A stretch of 63,922 nt of DNA, filler included, from Lenisia limosa (taxonomy: Eukaryota > Protista > Breviatea), in the NCBI GenBank assembly GCA_001655205.1. It is 16 parts of 16 records of this genome, joined end to end, with 100 filler letters (N's around TTAATTAATTAA, not from the genome) between each part and the next. Parts side by side here need not be neighbours in the genome. Positions count along the whole stretch, not along the records: positions 21,108 to 25,252 come from LPNZ01010966.1; positions 25,353 to 32,091 come from LPNZ01006617.1; positions 32,192 to 33,939 come from LPNZ01001813.1; positions 34,040 to 40,515 come from LPNZ01011626.1; 12 more parts are not named here. One strand, written 5' to 3'. Position numbers and translations under genes: made by a program. Position 1 is the first letter of the stretch. The number at the start of each line of letters is the position of its first letter. A model generated the notes under the pieces. It saw only the letters and a program-made list of their open reading frames with translations, was not told the DNA's origin and ran no database searches. This document shows, one piece after another, positions 24,101 to 36,332 of the stretch.

Positions 24101-25159
24101 ATGACCGAAGTTGGCTTGGCCATAATGGCTATAATATGCATGCGAGACTCTACTGGGCTTGGCTATAATATGCATACATATGGTACAAACGACATACGGG
24201 AGAAAAATAACACTCTACTGGGGGAATAGAACGTCCACGCATGACAGAACAGGTCAATAAGGACCAGGCTAGTGCAGACAAAGTGCGCAGAGTGGTTGTG
24301 GCCGAGGAGCAAGACGTTGCCGCTGCCAACAAGGACGTGGAGCTGGCGCGTGACAGCGCTCAGGCTGAGCTGAAGGCCGTAACCCCGATGTACAAGTGGG
24401 GACAAAGGGAAAAGGAGTTTGAAAATGGGACATTAAAAAATGAAAATGAAAACCGTATTTTTACTGGGTACAAATTTTTGGAGATCTTGTTGCATTTTCA
24501 TTTTCCTCTTTTTGGACCCTTTTTCGCCTTCCTTCTGTGTATAAGAGATTTGGGGTTTAAAATTAATCATTTAAAAAAATCTAGGGTTTTCTAGGGTTTA
24601 CACATATCAGTGTGGGGCTAGCTAGCATGATGTGATGTATGATAATGTTATTATGCTCATTACCCCCCCTAGTGCGGCTTTGGCTGCGTTACGTACCCTG
24701 AACAAGCAGGACCTCAATGAAATGAAATCCTTCAACTCGCCTCCCGAGGGTCTGAGCGGAGCAAACAGACGTTGACGTTTTGCTGCTTTGTTATACATGT
24801 GTATTTAATGGCCGCATTGCCCCCTAATTTCCGCTTTAGGGGTTCGGACGGTCCTATTGGCAGTGTGTCTCCTTGTTGGTGTTCGAGAGACATGGGACGA
24901 CGCGAGGAAAATGCTTGGTGATATCAACCTCCTTCAGGTTTGCAATGTCTCATAATCCCTTTGTCGATGCTGGAAAGTAATCCATTTTTCGATGCTGGAA
25001 AGTCATCCTTTAGAAAGTCCAATGGTATTGACACATTAGACTCTGACAGACTACGCCGTAGACAACGTTCCGGACTCCTTGGTAGCGGCTGTGGAGGTAT
25101 ACGTCAACCGCCCTGACTTCTCACCTGCGGTTGTAGCCAAAGTGTCCAAAGCTGCCAAG
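21109..25159 (+). CDS. Axonemal dynein heavy chain, partial (divergent AAA4, coiled-coil stalk, microtubule-binding domain; MTBD resembles DNAH6-type inner-arm dyneins)
   Basis: In-frame exon chain: RCLSRSQ|GHALLMGDEGCGRSALVQLAC (AAA4 P-loop); DHFHVVLLMAKDG..KR|LAQAPAVL...WPE; AAHLRSGLEKLANTERE|VAAMEAELNVLQPQL; AALAALRTLNKQDLNEMKSFNSPPE|GVRTVLLAVCLL...WDDARKMLGD...YVNRPDFSPAVVAKVSKAAK. Confidence 0.92.
21319..21805. repeat. Dispersed repeat family F, copy 2 (inside dynein intron 21194-21827)
   Basis: Matches 19208-19583 almost base for base, plus a ~70-bp block absent from copy 1. Confidence 0.9.
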
Positions 25160-25352
25160 GTATGCGGGAATGGGGGACACTAACTGTGGGCTTACGCGTT
25201 GGCTCAATGTATTCCCACCCCTCCCCCCCCCTCCCCCATAATTGTTTCTCTCNNNNNNNNNNNNNNNNNNNNNNNNNNNNNNNNNNNNNNNNNNNNTTAA
25301 TTAATTAANNNNNNNNNNNNNNNNNNNNNNNNNNNNNNNNNNNNNNNNNNNN

Positions 25353-28300
25353 GGACAGATTCGGTCGTAGTACTGGGTGCAAGGTCCGGGCTCGTGGAAT
25401 GCCTGCCAGGTTAAACGACAGAAATGTGCCTAATCACTGGAGCTCACTTTAGGTTCCAAAAAAGCCGGAATTAGTGTTTTAGAAACAAAAGTGAAACTAC
25501 TTTTCACCGACCCCCACCCCATAACGAAAGGGTTCAGCAGTACAAGTGCTCTGACTAAAATCAAATTCAGCCAAAGACATGCCGCATCATTAGCCGATAT
25601 CCTCCTCTCATCATTAGCCAATATCTCTTCAGCCGGCCATTAATCCATTAAACTTTTCCCCCCACCCATCTATTCAACAATGCCCTCTCCTCCACCCGTT
25701 CACCCACTTGCAATACCTTGGGCTTCGTTTTGGTTCCAGAAAGACCAGCAAAATATCGATAGTTATCAAGGATTTATCGAAAAATCCAGTCTTTTTTCTG
25801 ACCACCCACCCATTGGCAGAAGTCCTCCACGTTGTATGAGTCGCGATAGCAGAACATATCAGAAAACTCCGAGCACTCTTTCGTCTGATTGAACTGCGTG
25901 ATCTGCGAAACGATCAGTTTATGATAAGAGCAAGAAAATACATTAAAAATCTATGAAACAAAAAAAAACATAGGGGTACCAAAAAACACAATTACAATAC
26001 ACTCATCGGTGCTGATAAAACACAGTGGATGGGGAAAGGGTCCAAAATACTACATATTGGGACAACATCCACTCCCACCTCAAACTCCAGCCCTTCTGTT
26101 GTGGAGTATGTTGCGCCGACAGTGAGGGCGTTTTTGGCAGTGGCAGGTGAGCAGATTGTTCCCTCCCCACTATCCCCTGAAAGTATAAAATAGAGGTCTC
26201 ACTTGGCTTTGGAAGTTCTAACTATATGTACATAGATGAATGAGAACCAAAGCGACGGACTGAAAATCATATAGGTTGATAAAATGGAAAGTAAAGCTAA
26301 AGGGCAGATGGGGGGGTATTTCGCAGTGGACGCTCGAGTGTGAGTGTGAAATGGTGACTTAGATAGGACCATAAAAGGGCATACCATCGTTTCCTGCGGC
26401 GAAAACGGCCAAAAAGTCGTCATTTCGATAAAGAAACTCGTCAACTTCCTACACAGTGTAAATCGCACCCCTAATCACAAGAAAAGATCATATCGGGTAC
26501 TGAGAAAGAAGACTATTGAATAAAATATAATAACAAGGTAAGGATAAGGAAGCAAACAAAATTGTGGTGTTGCATTATAAAGTGGAACACAATAGACATG
26601 AGACGTTTAAGTACAGTAATTCTTCTTCGAGGGTAACAAAATGGGCTGAAATAAACTAAGGATGGGGGAGTGCGGCTTGACTTCATTAAACCGATACTGT
26701 CGATGTCCTCAAAGATTGACAATGGAGCGGTTTATTTAGATCTTTCTCCTACCAAGTGGTCACCCAAGCAACAATCCCCAAAGATGAGAAGACCGTGACC
26801 CACGGGACGTTCGCAACCGAGACTGGTGCCTCCGTCAATGAGCTTTCTGTGGACGTTGAGGTACGTTTATCACAACTTACCAAAGGAGATTCGTCTGTAT
26901 AACTCTATCTTATTGTAGTATAGTATGATATTTTGATGATTAAGGATTGCCCCTTTATCTTCGTGGGAGAAACCCGTTCAGCCGGGGTTCAGCGCCAAGA
27001 GGAAGGAGGGGCTTGCACCCATAGTGCCAGTGGCCTCTGCTGACTTCCAAGCAATCCGCCGGCTGAGATCAGCAAGGTGCGTCCAGTTTATACCATTTTG
27101 GCAGTTAGATATCCTTTTTTTTTTTCACTCAAAAAAATCTTACTCAAATTAGTTTTCAGCCAACACATTTGCTTTAATTTTTTTTTTGTAGTCTGAAATA
27201 CAATTAGATATGGTATCGAAGGAGACAACAAAGCTGTTGACACATTTGTTAATTTCACAGAACTGGTGCTCATTTTTTGCAAATACCCAACCAGCGAACG
27301 AGTCTCCTTCAGCGTCGACCCCAACATTGGCATCGAGCATAGTCACAGAGTCGGACTACCGACCTTCATTTCGACTACAAAAACAATCATCCAAAAATTG
27401 TCATTCATTCCTTGCTTTCATTCCTCAAATTTTAATCTAATTAATTACCTTATTCTCATGTACTCCATTCTTCGATTTTAGCATTGAAACGAGGAATAGG
27501 AGAGACAAAAAAAATATTGAAGAAGAAAAGAAACAGGGGAAATGATTTAAACTGCAAACAAAATATACAAGAAGAAAAACTTGAAAAAATACGAAGATAA
27601 AAAACAACAAGAGTAAGAGAAAATAGAAAAACAAGAATAAGGCCAACCATGGATGCGATAGAGTAGGAGTACTCGGATGCTCCCCAGGAATTGGACATCA
27701 CCGGTGCTCCCATGGCCTTAACCCAAGTAAACATCGGGGAAAGGTCGTCGGGAATAACGAAGGCGCCTGTCTCGGCATTTTCAATGTCAAAGAACACCAC
27801 TTTCGAGGCTATTTTGGTCAGATTTAAGACAAAAACAGGGTTGGGGTTTGACAGCAGGATGAGTATTAGTGGAAGGAAGATGACAATTCATGAAACAAAC
27901 AAAAAAAAAAACAAGGGAAAACTGTGCTTCAAAATAATATAAGCTGTGGCCTTCCGGCGTACCGGGGGCCATTCCATCGAAGTCCCCAAAATCAGGCATA
28001 GAGGATTGGCCTAATGCTGTTCCGCAGACGTGGGTGCCGTGCCCTATGAACATGAAGAATGGTGAAAGAAAAATTGCGTGAAAGACGAGGAATTGCGTGA
28101 AAAAGAATAATAGCTTCTGTGAGTGATATTATTAAACAACAAATGAGAAAATTCTGTCCAGATCATTTCGGGGCTTATGGGTGGGCCAGATCATTTCAGG
28201 GCTAAACGAAGAACAATATATGACCATACCCAAACAAACACCAGTATTAGAGCTACCCAATAGCCAAACCTCCATTGACATCAAGATCGTCTTGGAACTT

Positions 28301-29770
28301 CATATAGCCCGAAATCTAAACGAAGTCACCTCAATTACCAGTATCATCGTGGTATGTGATATGATGTGATACGTATAATATTATGTCCTAGGGTAACGTG
28401 ACGGTTTTAAAAATAAACAACTTCTCTTATGTTCTAGAATGAAAGAATTGTGGTTGTAATCTCGAATGAAATGCACCACAAAAGTGAGATGACATAATAT
28501 ACAAAACAAATACAAATATGAAATATTGGAGTTTATTAAGACTTCTCTTGTGTATATGAAGCGCTATCGATTTATCGAAGAAGTATCATAAATATATCGA
28601 GGATTAATCGAAAAAGGAAGAAGTGCCCACTTTCCGATGTTTTGATCTTCGCGGTGCGGGGTCATCCATTGTGTAGAACTGAACTTCTAAAAATGGTCAC
28701 AACGGCTTCAACCGTGTCTCAAGTGAAGAATAATATATCGATATCTCAAAACCCCCCAAAATAATTTGTAAAAAAAAATTCTTTCCAGCACTAACATTTA
28801 GCGATTGCTTCATCAACCAGGGGGGGGTAATTATTTAACACGTTAACATCACAGACCCACCATTATCATCATGGAAGAAGCAGCTGTTCACATCCAGACC
28901 TGTGTCGGCCACTCCAAGCGTTTCTCCCTCACCAGTCAAATCTATTTTGTCAGACAATAATGCTGTCGGAGAGTAAACTATTTTAACTTCTAGTAGAACA
29001 GCAGGTTGTTACTATATAATATAGTACTATAACGTTTCGTATTTACTGACCGAGATAAGTTCTGATACGGATATTGAGCTTTATCTTTAATCAATCGTGT
29101 CAGAATTTATCACAGTCAGTGTATTACCGTCTTTTGGTCAACAAAAATGAGGCTGTGGTACATACCAATAGCCTGTCTCTCTGCGGTTGAACCGTCGTGT
29201 TTTCCATGTAGTAACGGCCTAATGAACTTGTTCATAGGCTTGAACGTCGGCCTCAGATCCACATAGTGACTACACTGCGAGAGCGCTGAAAAAGTAACGA
29301 AAAAGGAAGAAGTAAAATATGATAAAATTGTATCGAATGTCAAGATAAGAAGAAGGATAGATATCAAAGATTAAGAAGAAGGATGATGAAGGACAACATT
29401 ATGTAGTAAAAGATACGTATTTATTATGTTGTTATTTGTTGATCAATACTCCCCCCCCCCCCNNNNNNNNNNNNNNNNNNNNNNNNNNNNNNNNNNNNNN
29501 NNNNNNNNNNNNNNNNNNNNNNNNNNNNAATCACTTTTGCTGATGACGATCGAACTCCTGATACACCTGCGTGGGGAGGGGGGTATGACATTCGTTTATA
29601 CCCTTAATCAGAAGGTATGCGCTAGTTGTTTACCATGTTGTACAAGATAAGCATCCAATCTTTCTTACCCTTGAGAGCAGATAACTGGTCCTCGAAGGCC
29701 TCCAACAGAGGGCATTCCCTGAACACCAGAACTTCCACTTCCTCGCTGCCTGAGGCTGAATTTCCTGAAG
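25353..29770 (-). CDS. Subtilisin-like serine protease (S8, KP-43/TagC type), partial
   Basis: Catalytic Asp motif LTGEGETLGVADTGLDVNSCFF (~28870-28945), His motif GHGTHVCGTALG (~28005-28047), SNSWG, oxyanion-hole motif EVDEFLYRNDDFLAVFAAGNDG (26385-26448) and TICSPATAKNALTVGA (~26090-26170). The catalytic Ser would lie beyond the scaffold end. The N-terminus may extend to ~30450. Confidence 0.92.
26480..27481 (+). CDS. Putative nested antisense gene or gene fragment inside subtilase intron 26449-27647
   Basis: GC-rich open segments with + strand splice signals: tttag|26740-26860|gtacgt (SFSYQVVTQATIPKDEKTVTHGTFATE...), ~26945-27077|gtgcgt, and an ORF to 27481. Confidence 0.35.
29044..29123. 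mobile_element. MITE family D2 (CACTGACCGCGATAAGTTCTGACACGAT-type TIR)
   Basis: actgaccgagataagttctgatacg...aatcgtgtcagaatttatcacagtcagtgTA; related copy at 49927-50017. Confidence 0.7.
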
Positions 29771-30233
29771 AAATAAAACCATATTTCCAAAAGAAAATAC
29801 TTGACTTAATAGAGTATTCTTTATACTATTCGATATGATATGGTCGAATCAGATACTTTTTTATCAGAACATCCAGAACTACAACCTTGGAATTCTTTGA
29901 TCTTTGGTGACACTTTCAGAACGGGTGGAAAAACTTTGGCCTAAATGGGATGACTTGGAAATGGTTTTCCTCACGTTATGTTGAAATGGAAATAATAACA
30001 GGCTTTCTTTGCAATTAAGTCCCCCCCCCCACAAACATTCTCAGACAGACGGGGGCGGTCAGGTGCCCATGGGGGTGTTAGGCAGTAGCCTTCTCCAACA
30101 GGAACCGAACTCCCGGACAACGAGGAGGATCCACATTCTGGTGGTGAGAGGTGATACAAATGTAGCATAATGTGAGAAGTAATCAGATCTGTGTTACACG
30201 AAAGGAAGCTCTACTTTCAGAGAAGTTAGAAGT

Positions 30234-30333
30234 ACGGCTTCACTTCGGTACGAAAAAGACCGGTAAATTATCGAATAGTTTTCGAGGATTTATCTAGAAA
30301 TTCAGTCTTTTTTTTGAACCGAAGTGAAGCCCT
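30234..30333. mobile_element. MITE family A
   Basis: ggcttcacttcggtacgaaaaagacc...gtctttttttttgaaccgaagtgaagccct. Confidence 0.87.
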
Positions 30334-32394
30334 TGTTAGAAGAGCCTACTTGAGATGAGAAGGTCAAGTCCATGTGACGATGAAGAATTCCTCAGGTTCT
30401 CCAGGGATACGGCTGAATCACGCCCTGTCTGAACCGTTATTACCATTTTGGAGAGTAAGACTAGACATTTTAAGAAAATAATTGGATAAAACAGCCCAGA
30501 AGCTAGAAACTGTTTATTGGGGGGGGGGGGGNNNNNNNNNNNNNNNNNNNNNNNNNNNNNNNNNNNNNNNNNNNNNNNNNNNNNNNNNNNNNNNNNNNNN
30601 NNNNNNNNNNNNNNNNNNNNNNNNNNNNNNNNNNNNNNNNNNNNNNNNNNNNNNNNNNNNNNNNNNNNNNNNCTTGACAACACACGAGTTGATAACAACA
30701 AACAAAGCCCAGGCCGTTGCTTCTACACCTCATCCCATCACTCCGTAAAAATTGAAAATTTATGAAACACAGCAAGCCAGAATCAACTCAGTTGGTTTGC
30801 ACTTGGGTAACACACAAGGGTTTGACACAACAGAACATTCACCGCATTCCATCAGGAATCGTGGGGGTGGGGGGAGCGTATGGTTTAATCTGGCGAGCCA
30901 TTCCTTTGGAGATGGCAGGTCCAATAAAAACAATCCTTGGAATTATGGCCCCTTTGTTGGAATTCAAATTGAAGTAAAGCTAAACACTGCTATCTCCAAA
31001 GCTTTATTATGTGAAGAGTAGGGAAAGCACATATGTCAATATATAACTGGGGAAAAGCGTGTTAATATTTGTTGAAGTGTCAGAATTAAGTAGAAAGGCT
31101 TTGGAAGTGATATACACGAAGATCAATATAAGCTCACTCTCGGCAAACCTTTAAAAAGAGGCTGTCTGCACAACGTAGCCATAAAACTAACCATAGTAGT
31201 CGTAGTAATAGTTTCATTGCTCTAGATGTTCAAAATAAAAATTAATTTATAAAGGATCGGGGTGTTCCGGGGTACTCTAAATAAAAACACAAAATCGAAA
31301 TTTTCAGCATGAGAGGACAATGACGCAGTTACTTGTCGATATAGGAACATATGAGATCAAAATCAAATGGGTTGGACTCGAGGAAATCAGGTTTGTTTCC
31401 ATTTAGCTTAACTCAGGACCTTTCCCAATGCTCTCATCTTCTCAACGAAGACAAGAGAGTTTTCTGGCGGTTCTGCGGCCAAGAGTTTGAGTCTATTACC
31501 CACTGACCGCATCCAACGACCTCTGCAAAACGTGGGGGCTTATCATGGTTTAGGTTCTAAAATGTGTCATTCGTGGTGGGGCTTTGGTTTTGGTTCTATC
31601 ATCGTTGGTGAAACGTGTTCTGAACTATGATCATCGTTTTTCAAAATCATAGAATTATAAACTGGATTGATTGTCCTAAACACCAGTAGTCCTTTGCGGG
31701 AAGAACGTTTATGCCTAGATTCCATAAACAGTAGTATAAAGTTTATCAACACTCCAATGAAGAGGATTACTTTTTGTGGTATTAAAACAACTTATGGTTT
31801 TGGAAAACGAATAACAATCACAATTGCAGAACACCCCATATAGAAGATGATAGTTGACTTTGTCACCCTATAGAAAATGATAGTTGACTTTCTGCTGCTC
31901 AAAAAAGTTCTTTTGGCGAATTTCGAAGCCATTCCAGTTTGGGGGGGGGGTATTTTTATAATTGGGGAGGGAGAGGGGGGATTACCGCGGAATATCATGC
32001 ATTATGTATTTATTTTCATGCTGTTTTGTTTAACAAATATTTCTCATGCTATTATATTCCCTTCTCATGTCCCTTTTTACTCAACCCTCCTNNNNNNNNN
32101 NNNNNNNNNNNNNNNNNNNNNNNNNNNNNNNNNNNTTAATTAATTAANNNNNNNNNNNNNNNNNNNNNNNNNNNNNNNNNNNNNNNNNNNNCCCACCCCC
32201 AAAATGCCGCTCGAAAAGTCGTTTTACCGTCGTCCTCTTCCGAAGTCAGTTATCGAGGTTTGATGGGCTCATTTCTGCTTTCGGTTCCAAAAAGACTGAA
32301 TTCATCTTGATAAATAGATATTTTACTTGTTGTTTTTTTTTTGCAAAAGTAAAGCTTTTTTTCTCACGTGACTGCCATGTTGCCTTCTGTCCAT

Positions 32395-32590
32395 TCATGT
32401 TGTGATATTATCCCATGTTCACTCATGATTTCATGTTGTGATATTATCCCATGTTCACTTATGATTTCATGTTGTGATGTCCCATGTTCACTCATGATTT
32501 CATGTTGTGATATTATGCCAATTTCACTCATGATTTCATGTTGTGATGTTATCCCATGTTCACTCATGATTTCATGTTGTGATATGTTGC
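32395..32590. repeat. Minisatellite, 33-36-bp unit x~6
   Basis: catgttgtgatattatcccatgttcactcatgattt repeated head-to-tail with no spacers. Confidence 0.92.
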
Positions 32591-33116
32591 ATGCTGTCAT
32601 ATCCCTTTGAGGGTAATTTTCTCACTTGTAAACTATCGTTTCCCACACGCTTGGATAATAATTGACTGAAGCGTCTCATGATACTCTGATACAGACTCGA
32701 AACGATCATATCCCTTTCTCACTTGTAAACTATCGTTTAATAATTGACTGAGAACAGCATATGATGTTATTCCTATCATGCACTGATTTATCCAATTGAG
32801 ATTCAAAAGCACCCTTATTGTATACTATACATATATTATCATTATTGTCTTCAAATATTTGGATGAATTCATACTATACTATAATCCGAGATCTCTTATA
32901 AGCATGATGGTGTGGGCTTCGGCCAGATACAACCTTATATTTATTTCTCATCTTTTGTGACAGAAATTTTCCAGTTTTTTACCCCCCCCCCNNNNNNNNN
33001 NNNNNNNNNNNNNNNNNNNNNNNNNNNNNNNNNNNNNNNNNNNNNNNNNNNNNNNNNNNNNNNNNNNNNNNNNNNNNNNNNNNNNNNNNNNNNNNNNNNN
33101 NNNNNNNNNNNNNNNN

Positions 33117-33861
33117 GGCACCATGGAGGTTTGCTGCCAGTATTGGTGTTATTTGGGGGTTTATGTTTTGAGTCCGAAAAAGACTGTTAAAATATCGATA
33201 TTTATCGAGGATTTATCGAGGATTTATCGAGAGATTCAGTCTTTTTTGGGACCGTAGGGAAGCCCTAGTGTTACCAATGATTGGGTTATTTGGGGTTTAT
33301 GTTGTTACTGGTGGGGTTATTTTTGGTTCAGTGCTGCATGTGTAAGAGTTGTTGTTGGGTTGTGTTGCTACTTGGGGACTGTGCTGTGTGTACTAGGGTT
33401 TAGTACTAGGGTTTATTAACGTCAAGGGTGGATACTCGCCGCCATTATTCCAATTTTACTCTCCCCAGGGCTACTTCATGCTGTCGCAGAACTACATTAC
33501 CCAGGCCGAACCGGCATACTGCGGCCTCTCCAGCCTGGTCATGATGCTCAACGCCTTCCAAGTGGACCCGGGCCGTGTGTGGTGGGAGGGGGTATGAGTG
33601 AGACATTCTAGTGATGAAATGCCTTGCACTTTTTACCATTTATTTTACATTTTACATATACATATACTACATGTATGTATTATATGTATGCCTATTTAAT
33701 CCACAGGCCTTCACTTCGGTTCGAAAAGACCGGTAAAGTATCGATAGTTTTCGAGGATTTATCAAGAAATTCAGTATTTTTTCGAACCGAAGTGAAACAC
33801 TACTAATCCATCAGGAAAGGACCATGGAGGTGGTACTCCGAAGAGCTCCTCGATTGTTGTG
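33117..33861 (+). CDS. PCS1: Phytochelatin synthase (catalytic N-terminal region), partial
   Basis: Exons 33117-33128, 33469-33581 and 33815-33861 join to [57 protein letters not shown], the PCS signature including the catalytic Cys. Confidence 0.96.
33171..33267. mobile_element. MITE family A subfamily B in PCS intron
   Basis: gtccgaaaaagactg...cagtcttttttgggaccgtagggaagcccTA. Confidence 0.8.
33704..33802. mobile_element. MITE family A in PCS intron, 12 nt upstream of the acceptor
   Basis: aggccttcacttcggttcgaaaagacc...ttttttcgaaccgaagtgaaacacTA. Confidence 0.87.
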
Positions 33862-34673
33862 GTAAGCTGCCCGAGGTTTTATTTAACAGTATTTTAGATA
33901 ATAATTTTACCCCCCCCTCTCTCTCTCTCTCTCTCTCTCNNNNNNNNNNNNNNNNNNNNNNNNNNNNNNNNNNNNNNNNNNNNTTAATTAATTAANNNNN
34001 NNNNNNNNNNNNNNNNNNNNNNNNNNNNNNNNNNNNNNNCTAGGAACTTCTCCCCGAATCTGCCCTTCAAGAGACTGCTCCTGGCGAAATCCAAGTGGTT
34101 AAAAGCACTGTTTGGGGGGTACGCTTTACGACTTTGACCATCTGAGCTAATAGATTTGGACTAAGCTAAATTGAACGTTGTTTTATTTTGTTGTTTTTAG
34201 TTTTCGCAAAGTTATATCATTAGAATTGATTGTGGCGGGCTTTTTGTCTCATAAACTGTTCCATTTTTACCCANNNNNNNNNNNNNNNNNNNNNNNNNNN
34301 NNNNNNNNNNNNNNNNNNNNNNNNNNNNNNNNNNNNNNNNNNNNNNNNNNNNNNNNNNNNNNNNNNNNNNNNNNNNNNNNNNNNNNNNNNNNNNNNNNNN
34401 NNNNNNGGGGGGGTTCTATCAGGACTTCATTCTGTTACGAAAAAGACCGTTAAACTATCGAAATATCTCGAGTATTCATCGAGAAATTTAGTCATTTTCC
34501 TGATCGAAGTGAAGCCCGAGGTATTGACCAACATAACCAACATATTGTCCCCNNNNNNNNNNNNNNNNNNNNNNNNNNNNNNNNNNNNNNNNNNNNNNNN
34601 NNNNNNNNNNNNNNNNNNNNNNNNNNNNNNNNNNNNNNNNNNNNNNNNNNNNNNNNNNNNNAAAACTCAATCC

Positions 34674-35220
34674 TCAGTCTCCTCCTTTTGCCTCGTTTTG
34701 GTTGTACTGTTTATTGCTACTAACACCCGAGATATCAATACTAACACCCCAGATGTCCATGGCATCGGGCCTGGGTGTGAAGTCGCCCCGGGTGTATGTC
34801 AAGCACGGTAACCGAGACATTGGTCGCAACCTGACGCATGAACAAACCGAAAAGGCTCTTTTGGTTGGTGGCTCATATTCGATGGTCTCCTGATTGTGAC
34901 CATCACATAGGTTCTCTACCGCCATGACCATAAGCATAACCGCTTGAACAAAAACCGTTTATGTCATAATGAGGGTATAAGGGGCATCATGTTTCCAAAA
35001 GCCGCCACCCCTAAGGTTAGTTATAATCATCGCAGACTGAAAGAAAGCGTAAGGCCAACTATCACCGTGTGCCGCTGTTCATCCGAGCTCTCCAAGCACT
35101 CAAAAACCAACTCCTGTCAACTTGGCGCAAAACAGCCAAGGCTATTGCCCCTCGGTACCCTTCAAGCCACTCGCCGTTCGAGCGGAAGGTCCACTTCAAG
35201 TGCGAGGGGCTAAGCCATCA
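34674..35220 (-). mobile_element. Possible decayed non-LTR retroelement 3' region (Cys-knuckle + restriction-like endonuclease)
   Basis: NLCDGHNQETIEY...CSC...FTPRPDAMDIWGVSIDISGV resembles CCHC + PD..D of RLE-clade elements; the upstream part has stops. Confidence 0.3.
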
Positions 35221-35709
35221 ATGATATTAGATTGATTAGAGCTTGTGTTATCTTTTCATAGTGTTTTTCATGTGTTCTCATTATTACTTAAGGACTATAT
35301 GAACAAATAGACATTATTGTAACAATCGTCCCTCATTACCCATTTATAGATACCCACAACGTCTTCTGTTCACGTTTGTGTTGAGCATTTGGGTCATTGT
35401 AGTTCTTTCCATCGCTGTTTACGTCGGACTACTCTGGTGAGGGGTATTTGCTTCCCTTGTCTTGTTTTCAATACATAAATATTTTTTTAAAAAAAGGGGG
35501 GCTTATCAATACTATTCAAAGCCTTCCCTCCAAGACCAAGAAGCGCTGTCCTATTTTGACACTCTTTCTGTCATTTTGCCTCTCTTGTTTCAATATTGGC
35601 CTTTGTTTTTGTTGTGTCTCAGGGCCTTTGTTTTTGTGTCTCAGGGTTTCGCCAACATTTAATTTTTTAATATGATTATTATGATTATTTTGCTTCATAA
35701 GCTTCCCAT

Positions 35710-36257
35710 TTTATTTCTCAGTAGTTCGAGGTTATGTAAACTGATAACATGTTACTATCTCAAAATATGTAACTTATTTTGAATTTCTCGTATTCCTCTA
35801 ACATTTTAGGTAAGTGGGAGTATCGCTATCGTGTGTGAAAGTGTAAGGGATGGATTATTTGTTGTCTGAGTGAGAAAACCTTTCAATACCCATTTCTTAT
35901 TCATATGAGTATTATGGAGATTGCGAGTCTGGTATATTTGGGAACTGGGATTGCAATGTCAGGAGGACAATCATGTCAGACGATTGTGTTTGGGGCTTGA
36001 AAACCCCAGAACACCTACCCTTCATGGAGCCNNNNNNNNNNAATATAAAGAGCCTAGTTTAGGAATTGACCTGGGATGAGGAGGGTGGGACTCAAAGATT
36101 TCAAAAGAGGAATTGTATTTTATTTTGTGAATCAAATATCCAGTCTCTTAACCTATTTACGCTATTACAGTTGAATACTCATTTTTGCTGTCGTTGTTTA
36201 CGTTCTTCTTTTACTGAAATAAAACTATCATTAAACACACTGCTGCATTTAAGATTC
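35710..36257. repeat. Dispersed repeat family F, copy 3 (diverged)
   Basis: Shares gtcaggaggacaa..atg....acgattgtgt, aacacctacccttcatggagcc and tgaaataaaactatcattaaacacactgctgcatttaaga with copies 1 and 2. Confidence 0.85.
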
Positions 36258-36332
36258 TTTTTTATCCCAAAGAGTTGGTTTGGGCTTTTTTTGTTGTTGT
36301 TGTTTATTCAACTTCTCATTTATACCCCCCAG

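Noticed and set aside
32395-32590. 36-bp repeats suggestive of a CRISPR array
   Set aside because: Units are head-to-tail with no unique spacers, the context is eukaryotic, and no cas genes are present; it is a minisatellite.
33395-33415. TTAGGG-like words (also ~24590, 41725, 60410) as telomeric repeats
   Set aside because: They are isolated single or degenerate words, not arrays.
33469-33861. Alternative genetic code (stop reassignment) to explain the short ORFs
   Set aside because: Conserved genes (PCS, IFT70, dyneins, subtilase) translate without in-frame stops once GT-AG introns are removed.
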